From Ophelia neglecta (lineage: Eukaryota): a DNA stretch of 64,000 bases. Positions 35,643-49,861 of the stretch are shown piece after piece. The stretch is from the NCBI GenBank assembly GCA_965285935.1, contig OZ260666.1, forward strand, positions 806,001 to 870,000, written 5' to 3'. A program made the position numbers and the translations under genes. Under the pieces are notes generated by a model. It ran no database searches. It was not told the DNA's origin and was given only the letters and a program-made list of their open reading frames with translations. The stretch's first letter is position 1; the number at the start of each line of letters is the position of its first letter.

Positions 35643-37229
35643 CTGCTCATTATAAACGAGACAAATAATTATATGGTGTTTGGTGAAAATGGGAACAAAG
35701 AACTTTGTTTTGTTTTTTTGGTGACCAGGCAATAGCCCTTGTACAAAGTATACATGCTTAGGAAATTATATGAACGAAATTAGATCTTATAAAGCTGATC
35801 CATTTAAGCTCAATAACCCTGTGTCAATTCTCTGAAGCTATATATGCATTGAAGTCTACAAAATATCAAGCGACAGGCTACCCATAAATATGGCATCGAC
35901 GTCTTTTGATGTTTGTATTAAACCTATCCTGCTATACGGCAGTGGTTTGTGGGGTATGAACAAATCGTGATTGGAATCCATCGAGAATGTTCATTTGGGT
36001 AACTTGACGAGGGTACTTACTCGATACCCATTGTATATATATACACATGCTCAGGTGTACAAATAGTTCATGCTACTAGAAAACATGCTTGAAAATACCA
36101 TTGTAAAACAAGTCTATAACTGTCTGAGATCATTTAAAGAAATTGGCGTTCCTACATGGGTTGGCAAAGCGCGACCAGTCATTAGTGTTTCCAATTTCGT
36201 CAGCTTCAGATGGAAGTCAACCCTGTATATCTATTTCTGTTTCTGTTAAAAGCTTCTAACACGACATTATGAAGGAGTATCAAACTAGATCGAGAGGAGC
36301 TGTGGGCACTAAAAAATGATATCGAAAATTACACAGCTACTGCCTTTATACAAAATCTTTCCAGATTGAAAAGTATTTACATATTGAATTTAGCAATCAG
36401 CTTGCACGGACTCAATTTAGGCTAAGCAGCCACCTGCTCTAAGTTTAGACTGGGCTTTAAGAGTTCAACAGTTTTCAAAACCAAACTATAACTTGAGAGA
36501 GTCGTGGTTTTTATGCCGCATATGTATGGAGACGGTTTTATGTGAAATTTCTTTTTGCCGCGTACGTTTTACCGATCAGTAAAGTAACCCCATGTGAAAG
36601 ACTTGTAATCGGAGTTGGCAGGCGTTACGGTGTGTATACAGCTCATGGAGCTTAGGCCAGTTCACAGAGACTACCGACTATACACCGACTTACACTTACT
36701 GCAACCGTGCACTTTATATAAAGCCGCATCGTGTCCGAGATGGAAAGTGTAGTAGATCGCGGTCTGCTAACCTGGCCTTCGTCCTAATGTGGCTGTTACT
36801 TTCTCCTCCCTCTGCCAGCACATTTTGGCCCCCATTTTACTTCATTTTAATGAGTAGTTCAGCTATAAATGTCTTTAAGGTATAGAGTGTACTTGCATGC
36901 ATTGTACTATGATACTAATTATATGTTCTTTATAATATACAGTCAAGTTATAATTACATTGTGTCATGCATGCTTGACTTGGTCCAATCTTCCGCCCCAA
37001 GCCACATTGACATAAGGTAGTGGGGCCCATTTATTTCGTTTTTATTTTCTTGCTAATTCCAGTAAACGAGAGGTAGATTAAACATGAACGGAAGTAGTAT
37101 ACGAGATTCTTACCATGCTTGAAGTCTGTATCCTTTTCAATTTCCGTTTCCATGTTGAACCAAAACCGTTGTATATGATTCTATGTTGGAATAAAAAAAC
37201 CTACGGAAAGAAGCGACTCGTTATATCTC

Positions 37230-37820
37230 AAACATTGGGTGAAGATGAGCAACGATGCTTTATTGCAAACTCCATTATCATTTGCACAAATAAGATGTAA
37301 GCTGGTCACGTGGAAAAAACTTATTGATTGTTTGAGTGGGACAGAGAATATTAGGATGATGTGGGCTCTGGTGGTGGACGTCGGACACTAGTTAAGTGTC
37401 TGATGAATGCCGCCTGCCGGCATAAAGTAGTTAAGGCAATCCAGTATTGATTACCATAATACTTAAATTTCATTTACACTGTATCCTTGCGGGCCCTGCA
37501 GTCACACTGAGGGATTTCCTTTTTCTGTTTTTTTTTCTTTTGTTTTAATTGTACACCTTGCATACTCTCTAACTATTGTTTAGTGCATCTAATTTTCTGT
37601 CCTTACATAAACAAACAGGAATATAATAAAGTTAAATGTAAATGTTTCACCAAGCAAGTAAAAACTGTAAAGGTATCCGATATCTCTCTTACAATTCCAC
37701 AATGATGAAATTTGGTGTGAAATCAACCTAGTAAGTTTTGTATGCATTCAATTCTCAAGATTTGAATGATGTGATGTATAAAATGAAATATTAATAAATA
37801 AAAAATAAAAAAAAATAAAA
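37230..37820 (+). mobile_element. Unit-2-specific retro-insertion with A-rich tail and 7-bp TSD (atatctc)
   Basis: Empty site gttatatctcgataag at ~25500 and ~48443; filled site atatctc-[insert-(aaaat)n]-atatctc. Confidence 0.8.
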
Positions 37821-40800
37821 ATATCTCGATAAGATTAGTACATTTCTGAACACATGTACCTTGCGTGTATGTTAATCTCCTTTATATATTTTATTTCAGA
37901 TACACACATAAATGCCTGTAGAGCAAATGTAACTAATGCGAGGCATGTGATACCTGATTTCGGAAGGGGAGTACCCCGGTAACCCCAAATAAAATATAGT
38001 ATACCTCAGGGGCGGTGGGGGGGGGGGGTAGGTAAGATGGGACGTGCCGCAATTAGAAGGAAGGGGCGTCCAGGGAGAAGTGGGTGAATGAGTTAGGACA
38101 GTTCAAGAAGTTAGGTGTAGGATGTGAGGCAGAGGAGGAGAAATAGCGGGTCGAAACTTGTCTATTGGACTGTATGTAAACACCGTTATATTATACCCAA
38201 GCCCGTACAATTTAATTTTTCACTTGATGTTAATGGGTTAGGGTCCATGGTAAACAATGTGTTCATATTAGCCGATGTTAAAAAGCCATAATGCTTTCGC
38301 CAAGCTATCGCTTTCGCCACTTGCGGTAAACTTGGCGTTAGTTGCATAGGATGCACTATAAGTAGTGTACAGTTCTTCAGAAAGGTATGATTAATAAACT
38401 GCTGACTTGCATAAAGCACTTAACTTCATTGCTCGATAGCCCTTTTTTCAAAAAATGCACGGAGCTGTTTGGTGCAGAGACCACTCCTGATTATTGAAAG
38501 ATTTAATATATCACCGCTCATTATCTCTTAGGTGGATTTGGAGCGTACACACAAACACTTGACACAGTAATTGCATGGCTCTCCTGTTGTCTGTGGTATA
38601 CACAGGGGATAGCGTGGCAAGTATTTGTAGTGAGTTTGTATGACCGGAAAACTGATATAAGGAGCATGGCAGATGGGGGGGGGGGGGAGGGGGGAGGGCA
38701 ATCAGCGAGAAGTGGGACTAGCAGCAGTCTGAAGGCGTTGTCTGGACAAAGTGGGTAAGAGGTCCAGCTGGTTGAAGGGGAGCAGAGTGGGTGTCGGGTA
38801 AAATATAGGCACCGGGTCAGTGTTGAATTTACGGCAGTTCAACCAAGGGTTTTATAAGGTTTTATGATGGCTTAAGGCGTTAGTTTGGTCGAGAAAAAGT
38901 AAGGGGTCACAAATTGAAAATGTGGGCAGATCGATCAGCGATAAATTAAGAAAGGGGTCAAAAATGGCATGGTCTGGCGTAGATACAGAAGAAATACCTG
39001 TCAAGGCTCGATTTACTTGATGATCCCGTCGGCAAGGATTGGGGTATGTAATGGGTTGGCTGGCGTTTATTACAACCAGCCCCTGCCCCATTTTGGTAAT
39101 AAAAAGAGCGGTCGTTTTTTCCATAAAACTAGTCATAACAACTATGATAGTAATGGTAGTTTATTATAATGATATGAAAGAACAAAAACACGACATTAGA
39201 CAACTCAACTTACGTTCTGTATCTCGAGGGACTGGGACCTACGCAATTCGTCTATGCTGGAACAATTCTACACGAAGCTGTGGCAAAGATTTGTCGAGAT
39301 GTATGAAGCAACAGCAGAATGCACGATGAAACCAGTTGATAGAATTGGTCTTAAAATATCCTATCAGATTTATTGAAATGTATAATCAGCACTGGGCCAT
39401 CCATCTAGGACGAATGAACATAGTTACCAAACACAAACAAACTGAATATCAAGTACTAATAAGGTAAGTGCCCATTAATCAACAGTTTGGTTCGGTTGCA
39501 AATAACATCACAGAATTCTATATACAACATCTGACGATAAATCACCTTTAGAGATAAACATTTATATAATCCATTGTGTGTTTGTGGGAGGGGGGGTGGT
39601 TATAAACAAATAAAGCTTTTGCTGGTTGAATTTAATTGTACGAACGTAGAGACAAAGTCAATAAATACCCTCCTGTGATATATGTTGCTTCGAGAATGGA
39701 CGCCTTTCACCGCCATAGCAAATGACCATCCCATAAAAACGTGGAAAACACGACAGTTGGGTGTGTACGCTTCGCGTGTCTCTTTTGGCCAATCAGAAAT
39801 AGCTGGTCCAGTTTTGTGGGAATACACACACAGGAGTCATCGCGTTGTACATGTATACCCTACTGGTTTTTTCTAGTACAGAACGCCAAATGGTTTAGAT
39901 TTGTTTAGAAGGAAAATCAACATAGAACCAGTTGGTATATCACGTCGATTGTCCCGGTGCTCCTTGGAAAACATCGTGATCATATGTACTCGTGCATCTT
40001 TGCCAGCGAATATAAAACGTGTCTTCAAAAAAAAAAAATAAAATAAAAGTTATTTCTCCCCTACTTGGAAGGTTCAAAATGTGAAAGGCCCCACCCCCCT
40101 CTAAAGGTTTAGTGTTACGGGTCTTACGTTCATGTAGTGTTCGAAAAATTGTTGGAACAAACGAACCCTATAGCATGATATCTTACATGCCTTGCAGTGT
40201 CGGCGCCTGTCGGGTGGGAATATACACAGCTTTCCACAGGGCGAATGTAAATGATACGCTCTAGTGATCTGCACACATATGAGCCAAACACTTTGTGAAG
40301 GTCGAAACCGAATAGGGTGGAATCCCTTATATCCCAAAATGCAAGCGGACCATTACTCTTTGCAAGCGGCAAGGCGCGGGGAGGACGTGCAGCCGACAGT
40401 CTCGTGTACGAGAGCGGGACGAGATCTGCTGGATTTTACGTAAGCTTTACTCGTTTCACTAGCACATCTGTCGTCGTAGGTGACCTACACTATCCAGTCT
40501 GAATCTTAGTGTCAAACTAGCGTCATTTAGTGACTATTGTTTCAGGTAGGTTACATGCTTCCTTTCTATACAAACTGTTGTATGAACGTCGCTTCTGATA
40601 CATTAATCTCTAACCCCTATTATAGGATGACTACAAATAGTTACCTAAAACTCCAAGTTGTAAAACTTACCTGCACCGTAACAGAGTACCTGGCATTTTC
40701 AACCAGAGGCTTACTGGAAAACCTAACACGAGATACGAGGGAAATACGAGATGCACAGATACGACAACAACAAGTTAAATTCGGGCTGTGAGAGGGTTTG

Positions 40801-42082
40801 CTATAGGGTTAAGCCACCAACCTGATTGAGACACTTAAATAACCCTTAACCCTACCCCAAACCTACCCCAAACGTAATCCATGTGGCTGAGGTTTAAACA
40901 TCTCGTTCCTCATAGCCATGTCTCGTAAATGGAATTTCCTATCAGGTATTCCCGTATGTCCCACCCAGAGATACTTTGGTACAATGGATTGTGGGAAACA
41001 CTTAATAAAAACAATAACAAGTGCAAATGAACCATATTGTCCTGAAGGTTTGGTAACAAACCAGGCACAGCTGTCATAAGGCCACACGCAATCTGCAACG
41101 CAGGAATACTTGGATTCATGCACATAAATTGAACAACTCCCATGCACCTATACATATGATTAGTCAGGGTATACATTTGGTATAATCCATATATAAAGGC
41201 GAGTCCAATTGATATATGTACGTGAAACCATGCTTCGTCATGTAGCTGTACCTTTCACAAAAACAGCTTTAAGCAAGTGATATTCTTGTCACGACTACTT
41301 GTTAATAGTTGACACTTGACAAACAAGCACATAATGTACATATTATGAAGGCATGTATTGACACACACACAAAAGTGTTCCACTCAAAGGTAAAGATGGA
41401 AGCGCAAGGAACATGCCGCTTAATGTAAGCATAATGTTAGCATAGGTGCCGGGTTCACGGCATGCACACCGCCAAATCTTTACCAGTCATAAATTTTGTT
41501 TTTAATGAGAATAGCGAATGTCAGAACGGCATTAATGCATCAGACGACAGTACATCTCATCCAGTTAAGTACATGCCCAAGTCAGTCTGCCGCTCTTTAA
41601 TAACGAGTCTGTAATAAGGCAGATAAGTCGGTGGCAACACAAGCTGAAAACGTTTTAAAAGGTGCCATCTGGGAAATATGGAATGGCCATTCAGGCTGTG
41701 GAAATTACATTTTGTTCAAATTTTAAACATCATAGTTTGCTATATAATTCAATACTATAGAAGGGAGTCTTATCCTGTTATACCCAAACGTATTTTACGT
41801 ATTTGGTTAAAATATTTAAGACTCATTGGAAAAATAAATTAGGCAAGGGTCAAAATTACTTTGTGTCGATACATCTTGCAGCGAGACTAGACTTATTTCA
41901 ATGGATATTAGAAAATCTATCATGTTTTTGATGACTTCACCTACTCATCCGAACAGTCAGACTTCTATCCCCACCTCTACAGCTATTGGCCCTTATCCAA
42001 CCTCGTTCTGATTTGGGAACCAACCAATCAACATTCAAAATGACTTCGCCTACTCATCCTAACCCCATTTCTTACTATTCAG

Positions 42083-43159
42083 ATGGCGACCGCGATGCCC
42101 GATCTTGTCGAATGTGAGATTTGCCTCAGTCCCCTCACGGCGCCGCGGGTTCTCACCTGCCGGCATATATTCTGTCTGTCCTGCCTAGAGACATTGGAAA
42201 GCTACAAGAAAATCAATTGTCCCAAATGTCGAAAGGAGACAGAGATACCCCAGGGCCTCCGGGTCTCTCATCTCCCAACACGCATCGTAAGAAGTCACAC
42301 GATAGTAAGTTCCGAGATCGTCTTGGTGAAGTCCAAGCAGGTGGAGCACCAGATAAGAAGTGTGAAAATCGACAGCTACTCTCAGGTAATATATACAAGT
42401 ACTATGGACAGTGAGAAACCTATCAAAATGTATAACTACATGGGGGAATACCTAGGTCACCTGGCGGCTGATCGTGGTCTACAGACGGCTTGTTTGGACG
42501 TAGACACCAAGAGAGGACTCATCTTAGCTGCATTGGGTACATACATAATAACATTCGACAGGGAAGGACAGCAGGTCGGTACCATCATCTGCCCGGATTT
42601 CAAACGTGTGGAGGATATTGTCTACCAGCCAGACAACGACAGGTATGTGGTGGGAGACATCGTGGCTCACTCTCTCTACTACGTCGACCCTGACACCGAG
42701 GAGGTCGTCCACACCGTACAGGCCGAGGAGGCTCGATATACACAACTTGGGTTTAAGAACTTATTCATGGCAGCCAGCAAGGTTACTACTAGCTTGGCCC
42801 TAGGCACACTGGACGCAGAAAAAGGCCTTGTACGGTTGTACGATAAAGGCGGGACACCTATAATGAGCTATGGAGGAGCTGGAGGTGGATATGGCAAATT
42901 CCAATTCCCAGGCGGTATCTGTTTTGACCCCCAGGGTCGGGTAGTGATAAGTGACCTCTACAACCAACGTCTGGTACGCGTGTCTCCCGACGTAGTGGAG
43001 AAGCACAAAGAATGGCAGCTTCTGATAGGAACACAGCAGTTTAATCTGGGGCATCCCCGTGTGATTGACATCACAGCTGACGGCCTGGCCGCCATGGTGT
43101 TCTTTGAAGACCCGAGTGAAGGTCCCTTCCATATGGCCATTCTCAGCGGTCTGTGCTGA
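42083..43159 (+). CDS. RING + NHL-like propeller protein, copy 2
   Basis: Intact 358 aa; 36 amino-acid differences from copy 1 by manual alignment. Confidence 0.9.
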   Translation: MATAMPDLVECEICLSPLTAPRVLTCRHIFCLSCLETLESYKKINCPKCRKETEIPQGLRVSHLPTRIVRSHTIVSSEIVLVKSKQVEHQIRSVKIDSYSQVIYTSTMDSEKPIKMYNYMGEYLGHLAADRGLQTACLDVDTKRGLILAALGTYIITFDREGQQVGTIICPDFKRVEDIVYQPDNDRYVVGDIVAHSLYYVDPDTEEVVHTVQAEEARYTQLGFKNLFMAASKVTTSLALGTLDAEKGLVRLYDKGGTPIMSYGGAGGGYGKFQFPGGICFDPQGRVVISDLYNQRLVRVSPDVVEKHKEWQLLIGTQQFNLGHPRVIDITADGLAAMVFFEDPSEGPFHMAILSGLC

Positions 43160-46073
43160 GTACATTTCCATATAACACAGGGTCGTAATATTGACCGTGA
43201 GATCTAAGAATAATGCCTCTAATATATGTGTTTTGTAATTCCCACTAACTTATTCCAAAAAACACCTGTCGGGTGATTAAGAGCTTCATACTAATATGAT
43301 AATTGCATTGTCAGATAGTGCTTTTCGAGAAAGAATATATGCAATATGTTAATAGAATGAGCACCTAACAAAATGTATCTGGCTGTGTGTAAAACAAAAC
43401 TAAATATGTAAGAATATTACATTACACAAACCTTTGTAACTTGTAGTCTACTGCCAGCCATTGAATTTAAAGGTTGGTATAACAATAGTAGTAATGTAAT
43501 TAACATTACGTATACTACTAGGCCATGACTGCCGCATGCGGCGTCCGTCCTCATGTGATTTTAGGAAACAATCTTGAATTGTACTTTATTTGTGTATGGT
43601 TTATTGTATATTTGTTGTACATTTCACATTTGTTTGGTACTATATATATCCATGTATATCAACTCATTTATACACACATAGTAACGAGCTGCAATATATT
43701 GTTACTGCCATTATTAGTTTTTACCAAAGTTTTATCAGCAATACCAATTAACATGTTATACGCGCCCCAATGAATGGTTAAAGAATTCTGAAAATGCACA
43801 TCGAATACATTTGTAAACAGAAATGATATAGGGCACAAGGTTACAAATAACCCTGGTCTATTCAAGGACATTGTCAAATTTGTAACATCGGAAAAAGTCA
43901 TGGATGTTTTATTTGTGAAATATGTACAGGATTATCTGTTATATTGAGAGATATGTGCTCTCCTGCTAAAATTGTAAGCGAAAATATATCTATCTGTTAT
44001 AAAAGCATTTATATTAATGGGAATTAATTAATCTACACACACTGTTACTGCGCAAAAAAACAAGTTATTTGTACCTTGGCTTAATAAAATGAATAGGCGT
44101 TTCCTGCTATAACTATCTCCCGAGCTATCTAACTGCAAAGTAACTTGTTATAAAATATTATAAGGAAAGAAACTTAATCTGGGGAAATATGGGTAAGTAC
44201 GATCACCTTGGTAACTACGATCATTTGTAACAAGGCTAATTTGAGTGTCTCCTAAATAAAGCTTATCAGTAGTATACAAGCGTTGTGTTGTTTTTACCAT
44301 CCCACTAATAATGTATATTTAGTACCTTAAAGGAGGAAACTATATCTTGGATATTAAAGCAACAACAGACTATTGTAATTGGCTCTTTCGTTGACTACGT
44401 CATTCCCCTGAAAAATCGCCAGCACTTCAAAGTAGTCCCCGATTTGAGGCATGTCTGTCTAATGTACATTGGTCCCATTATAAGGCGTCCCCGCATCCTT
44501 CGAGTCGTATTTATTAGAAATATAATAGTTTGAACAACAAGTTGCAGTTTATTTCGTGTGTAAAAAAATATCTTAATCGAATATATAAATAATAAAAGAA
44601 ATCGATCGTACTTTCCTCAACCTAAAATTTCTAGCCTTGGGTAAGTACGATCACCGACAATTGAGCGCGGGTAGGCCACGAGGATACTATTGTATTTGGT
44701 TCTAAGTCTTGGTAATTATTTAGAAGTTCACTTTCTCACTTATTTTTGAAATGAGGATTGTTCATAAAACTATGATCCATCTGTTATGTTGTCTGATGCC
44801 CTTTACCTGTATATTGATGAGATTTTTTCTTTTTTTCTTGCTCTTTCCGCATGATAGTGCTATTTAATATTAATTTTGTATTTTTCTAAGTAACCTTCAT
44901 GCAGGTGGCTCCTATGATAGCGTTCTTCGCGGAACTTAATGGGAGTCTCCTAGACATATTAGTAGTGTTAATTTACCATAAATAATGTATATATATAGTA
45001 CTAACCACCAATTGTTGTTGTACTTACCTGCCTATATCAATGTAAAAATTTGTCTAAATAAATACAATACCATACCATACTAGTTGCATGTCTAGGACTA
45101 GTATGCTGATAATTTTTATGGGGCTGTCTGTATGCGAGCATGGTAATTTCACTGCAAACACTGGATAAATGAGTGTCATGCCCCGGTTGAGAATAGTAAT
45201 AACAATGCACGTTGAAATTACATTATGCTGAATAGTCCAGTGGATAGTGACCGAAGGCATGCACTTTGGGTTAAATGGTGAATTTTATCACATGCATTGC
45301 GGCCAATGATTGTGATTTAATGACAGAGTGACCAACAGAAAATATCTCTGGTAGCTGTAGTAACGGGCATAAACATTCAAAATAACACTTGTCGGCTTCA
45401 TTGGAAATACAAGCAAAATCGATTTGTTAAAAAAGCAGTTCTACGGGATAAATTGGCTGTTCCCAACGTGAAACGACAAGATTTAACTTGCCGCAAAGAA
45501 AATTTATGTGCTATAGAAACATCTAGGTCTACTCATACAATTACGACTACCATCTTGATCAGTAACTTAATTAATAATAAAACAAAAGATATTAGACATA
45601 AACTGGCCGCTGAGGCAGATGTTAGCTCCTACAGTAAAGTGACTTAGAACTTTGTATGGGCATTGCTATTTAGTAGTAGTTAGGGTCGACTCCGTTTGAC
45701 TGTCGGTGCTTAAAATTGTTATTGCAATCTCGTGGCAACGCCCGGACATATCATTGTTACCACGATGCACCACAGGGCACGATATGATTAAATGACGACG
45801 GCATGCTCTGCAAATCACGCCACCCCATAATAATAAATAATTTGTAATGATCGATGAAGATTAAAACCATCTTAACGGCATCTGACGCTTTTCTATTTTC
45901 CTGTGAAATACCACAATAATTTGTAATTAATTGTGGAGAACAAACGATCCTATAATGTATGATAGGTTAGACGACAGAGGAAGGTGCCATTCAAACTGAA
46001 CAATGATTGGACAGCCATTGTTCAGTTTGAATGGCGTCCCAGAGGTACTATCAATCAGAGTGCCCTTCCAAGA

Positions 46074-46853
46074 GGTGATGCGACTTGCCAGCTGTCGTGA
46101 TGCGACTTGCCAGCTGTGGAGATGCGACTTGCCAGCTGTCGTGATGCCACTTCCCAGCTGTGGTGATGCCACTTGCCAGCTGTGGTGATGCCACTTGCCA
46201 GCTGTGATGATGCGACTTGACAGCTGTGGTGATGGGACTTACCAGCTGTGGTGATGCCACTTGCCAGCTGTGGGGATGCGACTTGCCAGCTCTGGTGATG
46301 CCAGCTGTGGTGATGCCACTTGCCAACTGTGGTGATGCCACTTGCCAGCTGTGGTGATGCCAGCTGTGATGACGCCACTTGCCAGCTGTGGTGATGCCAC
46401 TTGCCAGCTGCCGTGATGCGACTTGCAAGGTGTCGTGATGCAACTTGCCAGCTGTGGTGATGCGACTTGCCAGCTGTGGTGATGGGACTTGCCAGCTGTG
46501 GTGATGCCACTTGCCAGCTGTGGTGATGCCACTTGCCAGCTGTGATGATGCGACTTGACAGCTGTGGTGATGGGACTTACCAGCTGTGGTGATGTTACTT
46601 GCCAGCTGTGGGGATGCGACTTGCCAGCTGTGGTGATGCCAGCTGTGGTGATGCCACTTGCCAACTGTGGTGATGCCACTTGCCAGCTGTGGTGATGCCA
46701 GCTGTGATGACGCCACTTGCCAGCTGTGGTGATGCCAGCTGTGGTGATGCCACTTGCCAGCTGTGGTGATGCCACTTGCCAGCTGTGGTGATGCCACTTG
46801 CCAGCTGTGGTGATGCCAGCTGTGGTGATGCCACTTGCCAGCTGTGGTGATGC
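46074..46853. repeat. 22-bp minisatellite, paralogous and longer array
   Basis: Same unit and same flanks as 35030-35642. Confidence 0.95.
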
Positions 46854-49612
46854 CTGCTCATTGTAAACGAGACAAATAATTATATGGTTTTTGGTGAAAA
46901 TGGGAGCAAAGAACTTTGTTTTTGTTTTTTTTGTGATCAGGCAATAGCCCTTGTAACAAAGTATACATAGGAAATTATATGAACGAAATTAGATCTTATA
47001 AAGCTGATCCATTTAAGCTCAATAACCCTGTGTCAATTCTCTGAAGCTATATATGCATTGAAGTCTACAAAATATCAAGCGACAGGCTACCCATAAATGT
47101 GGCATCGACGTCTTTTGATGTTTGTATTAAACCTATCCTGCTATACGGCAGTGGTTTGTGGGGTATGAACAAATCGTGATTGGAATCCATCGAGAATGTT
47201 CATTTGGGTAACTTGACGAGGGTACTTACTCGATACCCATTGTATATATATACACATGCTCAGGTGTACAAATAGTTCATGCTACTAGAAAACATGCTTG
47301 AAAATACCATTGTAAAACAAGTCTATAACTGTCTGAGATCATTTAAAGAAATTGGCGTTCCTACATGGGTTGGCAAAGCGCGACCAGTCATTAGTGTTTC
47401 CAATTTCGTCAGCTTCAGATGGAAGTCAACCCTGTATATCTATTTCTGTTTCTGTTAAAAGCTTCTAACACGACATTATGAAGGAGTATCAAACTAGATC
47501 GAGAGGAGCTGTGGGCACTAAAAAATGATATCGAAAATTACACAGCTACTGCCTTTATAAAAAATCTTTCCAGATTGAAAAGTATTTACATATTGAATTT
47601 AGCAATCAGCTTGCACGGACTCAATTTAGGCTAAGCAGCCACCTGCTCTAAGTTGAGACTGGGCTTTAAGAGTTCAACAGTTTTCAAAACCAAACTATAA
47701 CTTGAGAGAGTCGTGGTTTTTATGCCGCATATGTATGGAGACGGTTTTATGTGAAATTTCTTTTTGCCGCGTACGTTTTACCGATCAGTAAAGTAACCCC
47801 ATGTGAAAGACTTGTAATCGGAGTTGGCAGGCGTTACGGTGTGTATACAGCTCATGGAGCTTTGGCCAGTTCACAGAGACTACCGACTACACACTGACTT
47901 ACACTTACGGCAGCCGTGCACTTTATATAAAGCCCCAACAATCCCGAGTGGGAAGCTAAGTAGATGGCGGTCTGATAACCTGGCCTGCGTCATAATGTGA
48001 CTGTTACTTTCTCCTCCCTCTGCCGAAAGAGGGAGCCAGCAGATTTTGGCCCCCATTTTACTTCATTTTAATGAGTAGTTCAGCTATAAATGTCTTTAAG
48101 GTGTAGAGTGTACTTGCATGCATTGCACTATGATACTAATTCTATGTTCTATTTAATATGCAGTTAAGTTATAATTACATTTTTCATGCATGCTTGGCTT
48201 GGTCCAATCTTCCGTCCCAAGCCACATTGACATAAGGTAGTGGGGCCGATTCATTTCGTTTTTATTGTCTTGCTAATTCCAGTAAACGAGAGGTAGATTA
48301 AACATGAACGGAAGTAGTATACGAGATTCTTACCAAGCTTGAAGTCTGTATCCTTTTCATTTTCCGTTTCCATGTTGAACCAAAACCGTTGTATATGCTT
48401 CTATGTTGGAATAAAAAAAACCTATGGAAAGAAGCGACTCGTTATATCTCGATAAGATTGTACATTTCTGAACACATGTTCCTTGCGTGTATGTTAATCT
48501 GTTTTATATATATTTTTTAGATACACACATAATTACCTGTAGAGCAAATGTAACTATGCGAAGGATGTGATACCTTTTTTTTGGAAGGGGAATACACCGG
48601 TAACCCCTAATGAAATATATACCTCAGGGTCGGTGGTAAGATGGGACGTGCCGATTTAAGAAGGAAGGGGCGTCCAGGGAGAAGTGGGTGAAGGAGTTAG
48701 GACAGATCAAGGAGCAGTTAGGAGTAGGAGGTGAGGCAGAGAATTAATAGCAGGTCGAATCTTGTCTATTAGACTTTATGTAAACACAGTTATATTATAC
48801 CCAAGCCCATACATGTACTTGATGTTAATGGGTTAGGGTCCATGGCAAACAATATGTTCATATTAGCCGATGTTAAAAAGCCATAATGCTTACGCCAAGC
48901 TATCGCTTTCCTCACTTGCGGTAAACTTGGCGGTCGTTGCATACGATACACTCTAAGGAGTGCACGGTCCTTCAGAAAGGTATGATTAATAAACTGCTGA
49001 CTTGCATAAAGCACTTAACTTCATTGCTCGATAGCCCTTCTTTCAAAACATCCACGGAGATGTTTGGTGCAGAGAGCACTCCTCGTTATTGAAGGATTTA
49101 ATATATCACCGCTCATTATCTCTTAGGTGGATTTGGAGCGTGTACAAAAACACACAGAGCAAACTGTTGATTTATGGGCACTTACCTTATCAGTACTTGA
49201 TATTCAGTTCGTTTGTGTTTGGTAACTATGTTCATTCATTCGTCCTAGCTGCATGGCCCAGTGCTGATTATACATTTTAATTAATCTGATAGGATATTTT
49301 AAGACCAATTCTATCAACTGGTTTCATCGTGCTTTCTGCTGTTGCTTCATACATCTCGACAAATCTTTGCCACAGCTTCGTGTAGAATTGTTCCAGCATA
49401 GACGAATTGCGTAGGTCCCAGTCCCTCGAGATACAGAACGTAAGGTGAGTTAACTAATGTCGTGTTTTTGTTCGTTCATATCATTATAATAAACTACCAT
49501 TACTATCAAAGTTGTTATGACTAGTTTTATGGAAAAAACGACCGCTCTTTTTATTACCGAAATGGGGCAGGGGATATAAGATCTTTTTCTAACGCAAAAG
49601 AACAAAAGCCAG

Positions 49613-49861
49613 GGGCCGGTTGTTAAAAGATTCTTAGACTTAGACTTGAACTTTGTTTCCATAGTTTCAGACTTAAACTTCAACTTCTGACTTCAAATTA
49701 AATGGGTTGTTAAAAGTTTCTTAGGATCACGTCAAGTCTAATTTTAGACTTAGACTATGGCTTTTCTCGACAGTGCTATGGTAAAAAGGTGTCTTAGACT
49801 TAAGACTTTGGCTTAAGATGGCTGCTAGATGTTCAAGTCAGACGTTTTGAACAACCAACCC
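49613..49861. mobile_element. MITE-like element with GGG(C/T)(C/T)GGTTGTT(A/C)AAA ends (possibly PIF/Harbinger-like)
   Basis: gggccggttgttaaaag ... ttttgaacaaccaaccc; internal agactt repeats. Confidence 0.5.

Noticed and set aside
34879-46861. HHHSWQVASPQLASGITTAGK ORFs (34879-35732 and 45927-46861)
   Set aside because: 22-bp minisatellite artefacts.
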